A stretch of DNA of 64,000 nt from Geosiphon pyriformis uo1 (Eukaryota; Fungi; Glomeromycota), in contig JAAOMT010000226.1 of assembly GCA_016748015.1 (NCBI GenBank), forward strand, positions 1,222,604 to 1,286,603. Direction: 5' to 3'. Positions 36,501 to 49,779 of this stretch are shown in pieces (position 1 is the first letter of the stretch; each line of letters opens with the position of its first letter). The position numbers were made by a program, and so were the translations under genes. The notes beneath the pieces were generated by a model that saw only the letters and a list, made by a program, of their open reading frames with translations, was not told the origin of the DNA and ran no database searches.

Positions 36501-37106
36501 GAGTTCTACTAGCATAGATTATGATATGTTTTTTTCTATTTTTATCTTTTTAAGATAGAACAGCACCAAGTCCAAAACCAAATGTATTAGTGTGGAAAAT
36601 AAAAGGTTGATCCAGATCAAGTTGTTTGAGAATTGGTTCAGTAACCAGTTTTTTTTTTAGAGTTTTAAATGCTTTTTGCTAATGTGTCTTTCAATAATAA
36701 TTGATATTTTTCCTGAGTAGCTAATTAAAAAGAAAAGTGATTTTGGAAAAATCCTTGATAAATTTGTGATAGTAAAAAGCCAAATCAAAGAAAGAGCATA
36801 GTTTATAAACATTTATTGGTTGTCTAATATTCTGGACTTTTTCAACTTTGGCTGGATTAAAAAAGATTCCATTTTTTGTAATAAAATAACCAAGAAACTA
36901 GGTAGATTGTTGTCTAAAAAAAGATTTAATTGGGTTTATCTTGAGGCCAATATTTCTAAGAAGAGCAAAAACTTTTTGCAAGTGTTCAAGGTGTTAATCT
37001 CAGGTTTTTTAGTATACTATTATGTCGTTTAAGTAGACCAAAACAAAGTTTTTTTTTACTGATTTAAACACTTTGTCTATTAGACATTAAAAGATAAGAA
37101 AGACAT

Positions 37107-37973
37107 TGTTACAGATAAATATTTCTTTTGTTGGATTGAATAAAACAACCTGTAACTTGGTGCTCAAATTAAGTCACAGTTGATAATAATCTGAAGATTT
37201 GTATCTGAAAATTTTGGTTGAGTTCTTTGTATAATGAACAGAGATTCAATGGTAAGAGTTTTATTCATAGCTTTCTGAAACCACAGTTTTGTCAATTTTT
37301 TTTTCAGCTTGATGGCTGGTATTCCTTCTGATAAGTTATCCTCAATCAAGTGTTCTACTGTTATTCCTAGGTCTTTTACCAATCATGTTTATCCTGACGT
37401 CAATGCCCCACATGTTAATCCTCAATAGAATTAGTGAACAACAATAAACTCAAAGCAAGAAAATGAAGAAAAGAAAAAAAAATAAAGAAAGAAAAGAAAT
37501 AAGCCAAGGCGATTTGCAAGTTAGTATCCTATCAATAGCTGTGATTAAGAGCTATTGTTCTAGTATGGTTAAGTATCAGTTACTATCAACATAAAGTGTT
37601 GATAGTGAAGAATGAATTTGATATAGTGAATAATTATTTATTTGAGGATTGTGGTAACTAAGCTAAGAATTCTTGGTGTTAATTCTGTCTTTTCTGCTTC
37701 TAATGCTACTGTTATATATACATATTTGAGATTCCTCAATTCCTTAATTTCTTGCAACAGAAATCCTGGAATTCTTGGAATCCTGCAATTCCTGATGAGA
37801 GAAATCCTGGAATTCTGGAATCCTGTGATTCCTTGTCAGAGAATCCTGAAATTCCTGGAATCTTGCAATTCCTCTAAGAAGAATCTTGGAATTCCACATT
37901 TACTATATCTACATCTGATTGGCTAATATCTACTGGCTAATAATACTATATTTTCTATATTCTATGAATAACA
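37107..37973 (-). mobile_element. Family-C solo LTR (U3 type A)
   Basis: TGTTACAG...TGAATAACA with perfect TSD ACAT/ACAT; inserted in the decayed FGLTNAP motif of family D RT. Confidence 0.92.
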
Positions 37974-38682
37974 ACATTAATAAGACCAAAAAACATAACT
38001 GTAACTTTGTAGATGCCATACTTGATAATAAAAGCAGTTTTCTTTTTGCTTTCTAGATTTATCTCTACTTGTCAGAATTTAGCAATTAGATTAATAATTG
38101 AGAAAAAAGCAGTATCTTTGAATTGGTCTAATATTGCATTAATCTTAAGAAACAGATACATGTTTCTTTCAGTAATGACATTTAATTGGTAATAGTTGAC
38201 ACAAAAATGTAAGATTCTATCTTTTTTGGATATCACTACAACTGAAAAAGTCTATTTATTCTTGGTTTTTTGTATAAATCCAAGATTTTTCATTTAGTTT
38301 ATCTCTTTTTTGATGAACTTATTATTGTGTTAATTGGATTAATAAGGTTTTAAATAGATGAGGCAAGTTTTTTTAATAGTAATAATATGTTGTATTACAT
38401 AAGTTTATTCAAAGATATTACCTTCTTTTAAGATAATTAAGCTATTTTTAGCCAACAGATTTTTAATGTCTACTTTTTTTTTTCAAAGAAAAATTTTTTG
38501 GTTCTATTACAAGTGATTAGATCTTAAGTAATTCATTTTTAAAGAACTTCTGTACTTTTTTATTTTTTTTCTAGGTATTAAACTAATTAGTTTCCAATCT
38601 TTGTAATAGATTAGACAGGACTTGTATTTATTACTAGAAAAATACAAAGATTTATCACATTAATACTAAGCATAAGAACCAT

Positions 38683-39516
38683 TGTTATTCATAGAAAAAG
38701 AATACAAAAAAAATAGTAAAAAAAACAGATAGGAAAAATAGACCAATAAAAGAATAGTATTTAGCATATGAACACATTATTTAGCAATATAAAGCATTGT
38801 TAGAGAATTATAACACATTGCTTAGCAATAAGCATATTGTCAAAAATTACAGACATATTGCTTACAAATGTGCAAAATCTCATATAACATAAATTATATA
38901 TATATAGCAAGAATATTAAAAGCAAAAAAAGCAATTTCAGGAGAATTCAAGAATTCTGGAAGAATTTAATAGAGTTTTATTAATTTAGAACAATATCTTT
39001 CCTTTAAAAAATAGAATACTATAACTTAAAATAAAATTGTTCTCATATTAATAAAATTATTTATTATTCTCAAATCTATGTTATTATTTACTACTTAACC
39101 TGTTGGCACAATAGCTCTTAATTATAGCTATTAACAGAACACTTATTTCTTATTTTATTTTTTTTATTTTTTTTATTTTCTTTTGTTGTTTATTAAATTA
39201 ATTAAAAAGATTAAGTGCTGAGTTACTAACATCAAAGTGACTAATAAAAGACCCAGAAATAAGAGTAGAACACTCAAGAATTAAAGATAGCTTACCAGAA
39301 GAATTACTGGTCATTACATTAAGAAAAAAATTTGATGGAATTGTGATTCCAAAAAGCTACAGATAAAACAACTATTGAATCTGTTCATTATACAAAAAAC
39401 TCAACTAAAACCTTCAGATACTAAAAACCTTCAGATAATACCAACTAGATTAGCTATTGAGCACCAAGTTACAGGTTTGTTATTTGTTTTCAGACTCCAA
39501 ATAATCATCTGTAATA
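38683..39516 (+). mobile_element. Family-C solo LTR (U3 type B)
   Basis: TGTTATTCATAG...CTGTAATA; TSD CCAT/TCAT (one C->T). Confidence 0.88.
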
Positions 39517-40561
39517 TCATATTACTAATATTTGTATTTGGCTTTCTTGTCAAGTTTTCTGTCAAAGATTTTTCTAAAGATATTATAGTAAGGTTAGCAG
39601 ATCATCTTGCCATTTACAATGATTTTTTTTGTCAGCTTTAATATTGTCCAGTGACTTGTCATTGCTAGTGTTACAAGTAATTATTTAGATATAAAAATAA
39701 ATAACAAATCTGTAACTTAGGGCTCAATAACTTGGTAATATTAGTAATATCTAAAGATTTTGGTAATCTAAAGATTTTGGTGGAGTTTTTTATATAATAA
39801 ACAAAAATTCAATAGTTGTTTCAATAGTCTTTCAGAATGGTTATTCCATCAATTTTTTTTTAGCATAGTAATCAGTTTATTCTAACAATTATGTTCTTCT
39901 GGTAAATTATCCTTAATTTCCAAATTATATACTCTTATTTCTGAGTCTTTTATCAGGCTATTTTTAACATCAAATTATTTTGTGCTTAATTCTTTTAATC
40001 AATTTAATAAATAGCAAAGAAATGAAACAAAAAAAATAAAAAAAAATAAAAAAAATTAGTATCTTATCAATAACTGTAATTAAGAGCTATTGTTTTAGTA
40101 TAGTCAAATATTGGATTCTATTAACACTTCATGTTAATAGAATAGAGATAATTAATATTCTTTAATCAAATAACAATAATATGAATTCAGGTAATAATTA
40201 ATATTTTTATTAATATGTAATTGAATTTCACTTTAAGTTGTAGAAAACTATCTTTTGAAGGAAGAAACATGGAATAATTAATTGATTATGAATATTAATT
40301 TTGAAATTGATTCTGTTTTTTTGTTTTTAACACTTTTACTATATATACATATTTTTTGTTTTATAAGATTTCATATTTTTTTAAACAATATGCTCTAATT
40401 TACTAATATTGTTTACATTGCTAAGCAGTGTGTTCTAATTTACTAACATTACTTATATTGTTGAGCAGTATGCCATAATTTGTTAGTAATGTGTCATAGT
40501 TTTCTGATATTATGTTTATATATTAAATACTATTTTCTTATTGATCTATTTTCTTATCTGT

Positions 40562-40983
40562 TGTTACAGATAAACTTGATAGAATGTAGTAGTAATATTT
40601 GGTATTCAAAATTTGGGTTTCTAGAAAGCTTTTAATGGTTTTTTTTAGTAGGCTAATTTGTTGTATTAGTGTTATCAGTCTCTGAAAGTCTGTTTAATTG
40701 TTATGAATTTATTCATGGAGTTCTTTGGTTATAAGGCACAGAAATATGTTTTGTAGTGTTGCAATTTTTTGTATGTAATATGAGCTATCTTTTTCGAACT
40801 AATGAGCACAATTATTAGGATCTGGCAGTATTTTTTTGCTCTTTTAGTAAACTATTAAGATAATATTAATATTTAAACTTAAAAAAAGCCTCCTTTTTTT
40901 ATTAGGCTATCATGAAGTTTATTCCCAGACAGTTGATTTTTTTTATGTTGCTGCTTCACAAAAGAAAATAAAAAAAAAATAAA

Positions 40984-41016
<33 letters not shown>

Positions 41017-41572
41017 TGAATTAGTATTGTTAATTATTATGATCAAGAATGATTAGTCCAGGTTATTAAGAGTTTAAAACATTTATGCTAAGAGCATTTG
41101 TCCTAAAACAAAAGTATGAAACAAGGATTAGTTTAATTCAGACACAAGATGATTGATAACCATGTATTAATAATGTTGTGTTTTTTAAATAAGTTTTTTA
41201 TTTTTGTAAGATATAATAATTATAAGGAAAAAAAAATTTGATTCATGTCTAAATGCTTTTCTAATTTCTACAACTACTTGTTTTTATACATTTTTTTTGG
41301 TTCTACAGGATTGTTTTTTAATTGTTTTATTCTTGTTAGCTATTGCTTTGCTATTTTTGTTATCATTTTGTTCTTCTACATTATTACTAATTATCCTATG
41401 TTTTAATTAGTTATTTTGTACTATAACACATTATTAAGTTTTGTATTATGTTATCCTAAATTATTATGCATTATTTTGTGTTCTTTCACATTATCCTGTA
41501 TTATTTTATGTTATTATGTTTTTGGTCATGTTTTTTTCATAACTTTGGATTGGTTTTTCTATTCAGATAACA
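40562..41572 (-). mobile_element. Solo LTR of a fifth family inserted inside the family-C LTR
   Basis: TGTTACAG...GATAACA with perfect TSD CTGT/CTGT; the host LTR resumes exactly after it. Orientation inferred from a TATA-like motif. Confidence 0.88.
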
Positions 41573-44531
41573 CTGTTTTTCCAGTTTTTTTTTTGTATTT
41601 TTCTATGAGTAATATTATTTTCTTCTTTTTAATATTAAGCTCCATCAAAATTTTCACTTTAAATTAGATTTATTACTTCTTTTTTTAGTATTGTTTGTTC
41701 AATTTTGTTCTTTATTTCTTCACATTAAGAGTTGTTTATTTTTTTCTACTGGTTAACAGTTATTGTTTTCATTTCTTGGTATAGTAGTATTTTTGGATAG
41801 TTTTAAAATATGGTGTGTAGTCAGTAAATTGTTTTGATGTATATTCTTGTATTTGTCTTTTTCCCAATAAACTCTTCAATCTATTGTACTATTTCTTAAT
41901 TAAATATTTTTTTAGATTTATTGATATATAATTCCTAAATATTTAGCTTTTGTTTCAGCTGATAATAATAATATGTTACTGGAAGTTGTTTCATTCATAG
42001 CTTCTAATTTTTTTGGTTAGTTTTTTTGTTAAAATTATTTTCAGTATTTTTCCAAAAGTGTTTTTTACTTTTTATCTAACCAATACTTTGTTTGGTTCTG
42101 TTGTCATTAATATAGAGTTATTCCTGTTTTTCTTTCCTTTTTTGTGTTTCAATAGCAAATTGTTTGATGGTTGATAATAATTTCTATGTCTAATTGTTGT
42201 TAATTTATGGCCTGAAATAGTTGTTGAGCTATTAAGTAAATATAGTCTAAGATTTCTATTTTTTATTGTTGCTGTTGTTATGTTTACAGTGTCTTTATAT
42301 ATTATTTTTGTAAATTAATTTGATGTGTTTGTATTGATAATTATAATTGGTTTTAGATTTTATAAAATTTTATTTGGTTAAACTAATATTTATTGTACTT
42401 CCAATTGTAGAATATTATTAGTAGATGATAATACTATATTGTAATATGATTTCAATTGATCTCTATATGCTGCTTTAACTAAGATTTTGTTGTTCCATCT
42501 TAGTTTATAAGCTCTATTTCTTATAATTTTTTTAATATAAAATAGTCTATCTCATTTGAAGTCAAATTTTTTACTCCATTGTTTTTTCATTTTAGTACAA
42601 TATAAAAGTACTTTGTCTTCAATTCTGAATTCAACTAGTTTATTTGGTAATTGGTTATTATGTTATTTTTTTTGTTTTTCTTGTGACTTTTAAATGTTAT
42701 CAGCTGTTTTTTGTTTTTTGTTTTCTAAAGTTTCTATTAATTTGTATGTTTTTTTAGCAATGTTCTTTGAAAGTTGGCTTCTGTTATTAGTTCAGTTAAA
42801 TATGTGTTGATATCTATCTTAATTGGTAATATTGCTGTTTTATCATAAACAAATTTAAATGGTGTTGCTTGTGTGGTATTTTGCTTCATTGTTTGATAAA
42901 CAAATAGTACTGATAATATGAACAAATCCCATTCATCTTGGTTTTTTTAGCTGATCTTGGCTATTGCTTTATATAATGTTCTGTTGAATTTTTTGACTAA
43001 GCCATTTGTTTGTAAATAGTATGGTGATAATAATGATCTTTTAATTTCAAATTTTTGACTCAATTCTGTTAGTGTTTTGTTCACAAAGTAAGTTTTTTGA
43101 TTTGACAATAATTTTTTTGGGCATCTATATTAACAAATTAAATCCTGGTGGACAAATTTGGCTATGAATTTTGCATCTGCTTTTTGAATTGCTTTCACTT
43201 TTGGCTATTTTGTGAAATAATCCATAGCTACAGCTATATAATAATTGCCTTTACTGGTTATTGTTAATGATCTGACTAAGTCAATTTCAATTTAATTGAA
43301 TAGTTGTTCTACTTTAATTGGTCTTAGTGGTTTACTAAGTCTTGTTTTTTTTCTCTAACAAACATCACAATTTTGAATATATTAGATAATACCTAAATAC
43401 ATGAATGGCCAATAATATCTTTTTCTGGTTTTTTCTATAGTTGTTTTTTTATAAAAATGTCTTGCTGTTGGATCTAAGTACATGTTGAATAGTATTGTTT
43501 TTTTCTTTGGTTCTGTAATTACTCTGAATAGTTGATCTGAGTATTTTCTGTTTTTCTGGTATAATATATCTTGGTAAGTAATAAAATATTTTGCTTGTTG
43601 TTTTATGTTGTTTTGTTTCTTTTAAGATAATTTCTCCTTGAATTATTGAGTATTAATATAATATTGAAGTTGTTGATATTTTTGTGTATTCATCTTTTGT
43701 TATATTTTTGGGTTAAAATGTTCTTAGATTTGTTTTATTTATGATAAACCATTAACATTTCCATTTTTTTTTTCTTTTTATAATGTATTGTATAATTGAA
43801 TGATGATAGTTCTATTTTCCATTTTGTATAGCAATCATTTCCAAATTTTTGCTTTTGGATTGATGTCAATCTTTTGTGATTAGTGTACACATTAAACTTT
43901 TGACTCAAATATTTCTTCTATTTGATAACAGCCCAATAAATAGCTAAGTATTTTAATGTTAAGGTTTTATAATTTTTTTTTATTAAACTTAAACTTCTGT
44001 TAACATATGTTACTAGATGTTCTTATCTATCTGTTTTTTTTTGTGACAGTACTGTTTTCAATACTTGACCAGATATATTAGTGATAATAATAAATAGCTT
44101 ACTGTAATCTGAATAGATCAATATTAATGTTTGGATGAGCTTTCTCCTTAATATATTAAAAGCTTCTTGTTGTTTTTCAGTCCATTTATATTTGGTGTTT
44201 TTGGCTTGGAGTTGATAAAATAATTGAGCCAGTTTAGAGAAGTTTTGAATAAAGCAGCAATAGTATTTACCAAATTCTAAAAATGCTCTTAATTCTGTGA
44301 AATTTGTTGGTACTAGAAAGTTTTTAACAATTTCGATCTTATTTGAATCTGTTTTGATGCTGTTTTTGCTAATAACATGTTCCAAAAACTTAAGTTCAGT
44401 TTTCCCAAAGAAACATTTAATTATATTTAATTTTAATTCAGTTTTTCTTAGTTTTTCAAATACTTGTTGAAAATAATAAAGATAATTGTCAAATGTTTTG
44501 AAGAATATGTTGGTGTTATCTAAGTAGATAA

Positions 44532-45421
44532 TATTACAAATAATTATTTGGAATTTGAAAACAAATAACAAATCTGTAACTTGGTGTTTAATAGCTAAGT
44601 AATGTTGGTAATATCTGAGAATTTGGTAATTTGAAGGTTTTTATATCTGAAAATTTTAGGTTGGAGTTTTTTGTATAATAAACAGAGATTCAATGGTTGT
44701 TTCAGTAGTCTTTTGGAATGATTATTCTGTTAAATTTCTTTCTTTAGCATAATAACTGGTTTATTCTGGCAGTTATGCTCTTTTGGTAAGCTATTTTTAA
44801 ATTTCTTAATTCTATACTCTTATTTCTGGGTTTTTTACCAGACTATTCTTAATGTTAATTACTTAGTGCTTAATTTTTTTAATCAGTTAGTAAATCAACA
44901 AACAATAAAATAAAATAAAATAGATAAAAAAAATAAGAAAAAAAAATAAGAATTAGTATTTTGTTAATAGCCATGATCAAGAACTATTGTTTCAGTATAG
45001 TTAAATATTAGATATTATTAATATAAAGTGTTGATAATAGATAAGTGATGGAAATTTTTAATCAAATGACAATAACATGGATTGAATAATAATAAGTATG
45101 TTTATTAAATATTTTGGTGAATTCACTTCAGTTAATAATAACTATTCATAAAGTAAAGATTAATTAATAGATAAAAAAAGAGATATTAAATTGAAAACTG
45201 AATCCAATACTTTTCTTGTTTTTAATGCTACTGCTATATATACATAGTTGGTATTATATAAGATTCCTGGAATTTTACAATTTTAAGTAAAGAATCTTGG
45301 TATTCTGAGATTTTAGAATCTTGCAATTCCTTTAAAGAAATTCTGAAATTCTTTTATTACTACACCTACTTCTAATTGGCTATTTTTCTAATTATAATAT
45401 TTCTAATTTCTATAAATAATA
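44532..45421 (-). mobile_element. Family-C solo LTR (U3 type A) inserted just before RT YLDD
   Basis: Decayed termini; TSD ATAA/ACGA (CpG lost on both strands); removal restores SVVVYLD(N)TNI. Confidence 0.88.
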
Positions 45422-45870
45422 ACGACTACTGATTTTCAAAGTAATTTTCTATAGACAATTTTCATTAGTCATTGGAAGATAGCTGAAGTATTTATTAAGT
45501 TAAATGGCATAATATCGAATTCAAAGTTCTTTTCTCTGATGGTAAATGCTGTCTTTTTTTTATTGGCTGAATTCATGGCTACTTACTAATAATTACTGTT
45601 TAGGTCTAATGTTAAAAACCATTTTTTTTTTCCAAATACATTGAATAATTTTTGAATCTGTAAAGTTGAATACCTGTCTCCATGAGTAATATTGTTGAGC
45701 TTTCTATAATTTACACAAAAATGGATTTTTTTATTTTTTTTCCAAATTAATATCATTAGTAATAACTATAGACTTATAGATAGTTGAATTAACTTGTTAT
45801 CCAACATTCTGTTAATTTCTTGCTAGATAATTTCATGGCTTGCTGGTACTAGTTTGAACATTGGTTATTT

Positions 45871-48143
45871 GAATTTAAAAGTGGTAATAATTATAAATAA
45901 TACTTTTGCTTAATATATATATAATATCTTTAAGATTTTTGTTTATTTTTTTTTTCAGTTTGTTTGCTGTTTGACAACAAACTTTCAATAATTATTTTTG
46001 GTTTGTATGCTAATACTTTAACTAGTGTGTAATTCAATTAAATCTGTAAAATAAATTTTTATATTACTTATGTAGTTAATTCAAGCTTTTATGTAATGTT
46101 AAGTAATAACTTTAATAAAAATAAAATAAAACAAAGTGTAAGTTTTAAAATATGTTTTAATCTAGGTTTGAGCAATTTTCTCTTAATTAATTCTGTTGTC
46201 AAGCTCTTAATCTAAAATAATTCAAGAAATATAAAAAAAACTATTATTATATTTTTGTCAATAATTATTTTTTATTAATAATTATTAATTATAAAGTTTT
46301 TAATATGTTTAAGTTTTTTAATACTAATTACAAAACTGTTTGTTTTTTAGATTAAATGGCTTTTTGGATGCTTATTTGAATACTGTATATAAGCAGGCCA
46401 ATTAAGATTATTAGAAGTTTAAAATTAGAGATACAAATAATGTCAAGTAAATATACTTTATAAAATATTCTTCTAATAAGCTATCTGTAATAATAAATAA
46501 GTTTATAAATATAAAGATTTATGGTAATTTAAATGCAATATGAGAAGTACTAAAAAGAATAATAGTAAATCTAACTAATAAGATATTTTTTAGATATTGG
46601 TTTTTTAAGTTTAATTGTCCAAAAAACAAGTTGTTTTCAAAATTTTATGGATTAAACTGCTAATTGTTAAATTGGTAAAAAAGTTGAATTTGAATAAAAA
46701 GTTTAAATTTGACTATTTCTTGATAAAATAGTTTACTATTAATAAAAAAAAGACTTTTATAGTCTATGGTTTGATTTAAGATAATACAAAGTTATTAAAG
46801 ATTATTAAATATTTGTTAACAATTAAGAAAAAATATTAAAAGTCAAGTACTATGAATTAAAAACAATTGAAAATATATCTATTAAGAAAATAATTGATTA
46901 ATGCATAAAAAATTTTAGTTCTAATAAAAAAAATATGATAAAAAGCATTTTAGAACAGTTTTTTTATAAAATAATTCTAAATTATTTGGTAATCAAAAAA
47001 AAGTTGGTTTTAAAGCCAAATAAAATAAAGTTTAAAGTTGATAAAATTATAGTAAATTAAACAAAAAAACAGAATATGATTTCAATATTGTCTAGTTTGT
47101 AATTTTATTAGTATTTACTATTAAGTTATATAAAAAAAAATGTTTTTTTTGATGTAATAAGTAAGATCAATATAAATAAATTGGTTTTAATAATTAGTAA
47201 TCTGTCTAATGACAAAGCTGCTGGTTTATTTGACATTTCAAATGAATTTTAAAAGCATTATAATTGTATAGTAATAAAATGTTTCTTAAATCTATTGAAT
47301 TTTTGTCTGGTTTTTGGTAATATTTTAGTTTTTTGAAAAAAAACATAAGTTTTAATGATTTTTAAGCTACATAACTGAAATAATATTTTAATAACTTTTA
47401 TTGTACTAATTAAGATGGCTAGAAAAATTTTATTTTAGATTCTTTCAAATTGTATTTTATTTATTTGTAGTAAGTTTAATGTTTTTTAAGATAATATCTT
47501 TTAGTTTTAAAAAATATCTTGACTTAATTTTTTGTATTTGTTATTAGTTTAATAATAAAAAATAGTTTAAAAAAAAACTAGAAGCTGTGATTGGTCCTGT
47601 AAAATATGTACAAAACTTATAATTTGGTTGAATAATATCATTTAGAAACTAGTTTAAGATATATTAATATACATAATAAGTTTTTTGAGTTTTTTGAAAA
47701 TATATATATAAATAAAATTAACAGAATAATAACTGATTTTGGCTTTTTGAATAATTACAAAATACTAAATGAATTTGATTAAAATAAAGTATTTTTACTA
47801 TTTTTTTATAAAATTTTTTATGATTTTTTATTGTGCAAATAAAAAGACATAAATATTTATATAAATATAGAATTAACATTAACTTAATAGCAAAAATAAG
47901 CAGAATAAAAATTAAAAAGAAAAAATTTTCTTTTTTTATGACTAGTGCTTTTGTTGATAATACAATTTAAATTAAAAATAGTTAAGCTTCAATGCAGTAT
48001 ATTTTGAATATAATTAGTAAGTTTTTTAAAATCAATAATATTTTTATTAACAATAATAAAACAATGACTATTTTTATTAATTAGAAAGTTGTAAATACTT
48101 TTTTGCATATTAGTAATTAACTGGTTTTTATTGTCAAACATAA
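45871..48143 (+). mobile_element. Decayed LINE ORF2 fragment (endonuclease to RT)
   Basis: Colinear with the reverse complement of 27100-29400; LSNDKAAGLFDISNEF; AFVDNTI. Confidence 0.8.
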
Positions 48144-48241
48144 TGTTATTCATAGAAAATAAAAGTTATAATAATTAAATAAAAACAGCCAATTAGAAAT
48201 AAGCATAATAAAAAGAAAAATTTTAGTAGAATTTTGATATT
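48144..48241 (+). repeat. 5' stub of a family-C LTR (type A), interrupted by hAT
   Basis: TGTTATTCATAGAAAAT..CAGCCAATTAGAA, as in the reverse complement of 45330-45421. Confidence 0.7.
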
Positions 48242-49110
48242 CAGTTTAGTTTGGTTCAAGTTTAATCAAACCACTAAACCAAACCAAACTCAAACAGAAA
48301 ATTTGGCAAAATTTTGAACTCAAACTTAAATCAAACTTAAAATTACTGGACTTGAATCAAACCTGAACACATGCAACAAGTTTGGTTCAAGCTTAGTTTA
48401 AAGTTTATAAATATGTTCAGATTTAACTATTAAAAACATAATTTTTTTTTCAATGGTTTCTGTATTGCTCTTATAATTTTAAGCACTAAATAAAATCTTA
48501 TATCTATAATCATATTTTCACTTGCAAAAAAAGCACATTCAAAAGCAACAAATAATTTTTGGATTGCCAATTAATTACAAACCATATATACAATACAAAA
48601 AAATATGTTTAAATATCAAATTATTAATAAAATATTAATTTAGATAAATATTTTTTGTAATATATCTTCCACTATACTATTATATTCATTTTTTATTGGC
48701 CACTTTTTCAGAAATATAATGATCAATTTTGTTAAGTTTTTTTTCTCATTATTATCAAAATCTGTCTTTAATATGAATTATATAACTAATGTTTTAGTAT
48801 TATTAAAATTATTATTTAACAAAAAACTGTTATTTGATATTAATATAATATTTAGTGTGTATTCTATTTCAAAGAAAGTACATATTCTAAAAGTTTATTT
48901 ATTATGTGAGAATTGAAAAATAAAACTATTTAAATAAATTAATAACTTATAATTTTTTTATTTTATTAATATTATTATCAAAAAATTTTCTTTTTGTAAA
49001 ATAATAAAATTTTTTTCTTGGATTTAATATAATACAGAGCATTACAGTTGTATTTGTTTTAGAGTAATATTCAACCAACTTTTTTCTTACTGTTTTAGCT
49101 GTTATGACAA
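48242..49110 (-). mobile_element. hAT DNA transposon 3' remnant
   Basis: Decayed dimerisation motif MVCN*LAIQKLFVAFECAFFAS (cf. MARDYLAIQGSSVASERAFS); KKLVEYYSKT..ILNPRKKFYYF (cf. LDPR.K); AAACC-rich subterminal repeats. Confidence 0.75.
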
Positions 49111-49779
49111 TATTACTCATAAAGAAAATATATAAAAGAAAATAGTAGAAAAACAGATAGACCAATAAGAAAGTAGTAGTTAGCATATGAGCATATTGCT
49201 CAGCAATATGGAGCAATGTCAGAAATTATGGCACATTGTTTAACAATATAGAACAATGTCAAAAAATTAAGGCACATTGCTCAAAAAATTATAACACATC
49301 ACTTGAGAATATGAATGATCTCATAAAACCTAAATTATATATATATAGCAAGAGTATTAAAAGCAAAAAAAACAGAATTACTACCAAGACCTTCCTATTA
49401 CCACATTTATATTAGAATCATCAATATTAATAAATAATTATTTGCTATTCAAATCATTTTTCTCACTATTAACACTTTATGTTAATAGTATCTACTATTT
49501 GATAATACTGGAACAATAGTTCTTAATTATGGCTATTAATGAGATATTAACTTAATTGTCTTGACTTATTTGATTAATTTTTTTATGTTTTCTATTTTTC
49601 ATTTCTTTGTTTGTTTTATTAATTGATTAAGGATTAAAAGTGTTAAATTACAGACATCATAGGGACTAGTAAAAGACCTATGAAATAAGGGTAAAAAACT
49701 TATAGATTTGAGGATAGCTTATCAGGAGGATTATCAGCCACTATACTGAAAAAAAAATTCAATGAAATTGTGATTCCAG

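Larger units (their letters stand above)
33510..39668 (-). mobile_element. Decayed Gypsy family D: 3' LTR 33510-34185, PPT, ORF3, IN, RNase H, RT; carries two solo LTRs; cut at 39669 by Gypsy C
   Basis: Termini TATTACAA/CCATAATA (decayed TGTTACGG/CCGTAACA); IN zinc finger (GYFRKTKT..YYW..CNICQ); RNase H ([26 protein letters not shown]); RT remnants. Confidence 0.8.
39669..45870 (-). mobile_element. Decayed Gypsy family C, 3' half: 3' LTR (39669-40561 + 41573-41614), PPT, ORF3, IN, RNase H, RT
   Basis: PPT GATGGAGCTTAATATTAAAAAGAAGAAAATAA; IN LFVYQTMKQNTTQATPFKFVY; RT KCFFGKTELKFLEHVIS; ends abruptly at a LINE fragment. Confidence 0.85.

Noticed and set aside
37730-37900. CRISPR-like or iteron-like repeat array
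   Set aside because: Degenerate tandem units with no unique spacers, inside an LTR U3, in a eukaryotic context without cas genes.
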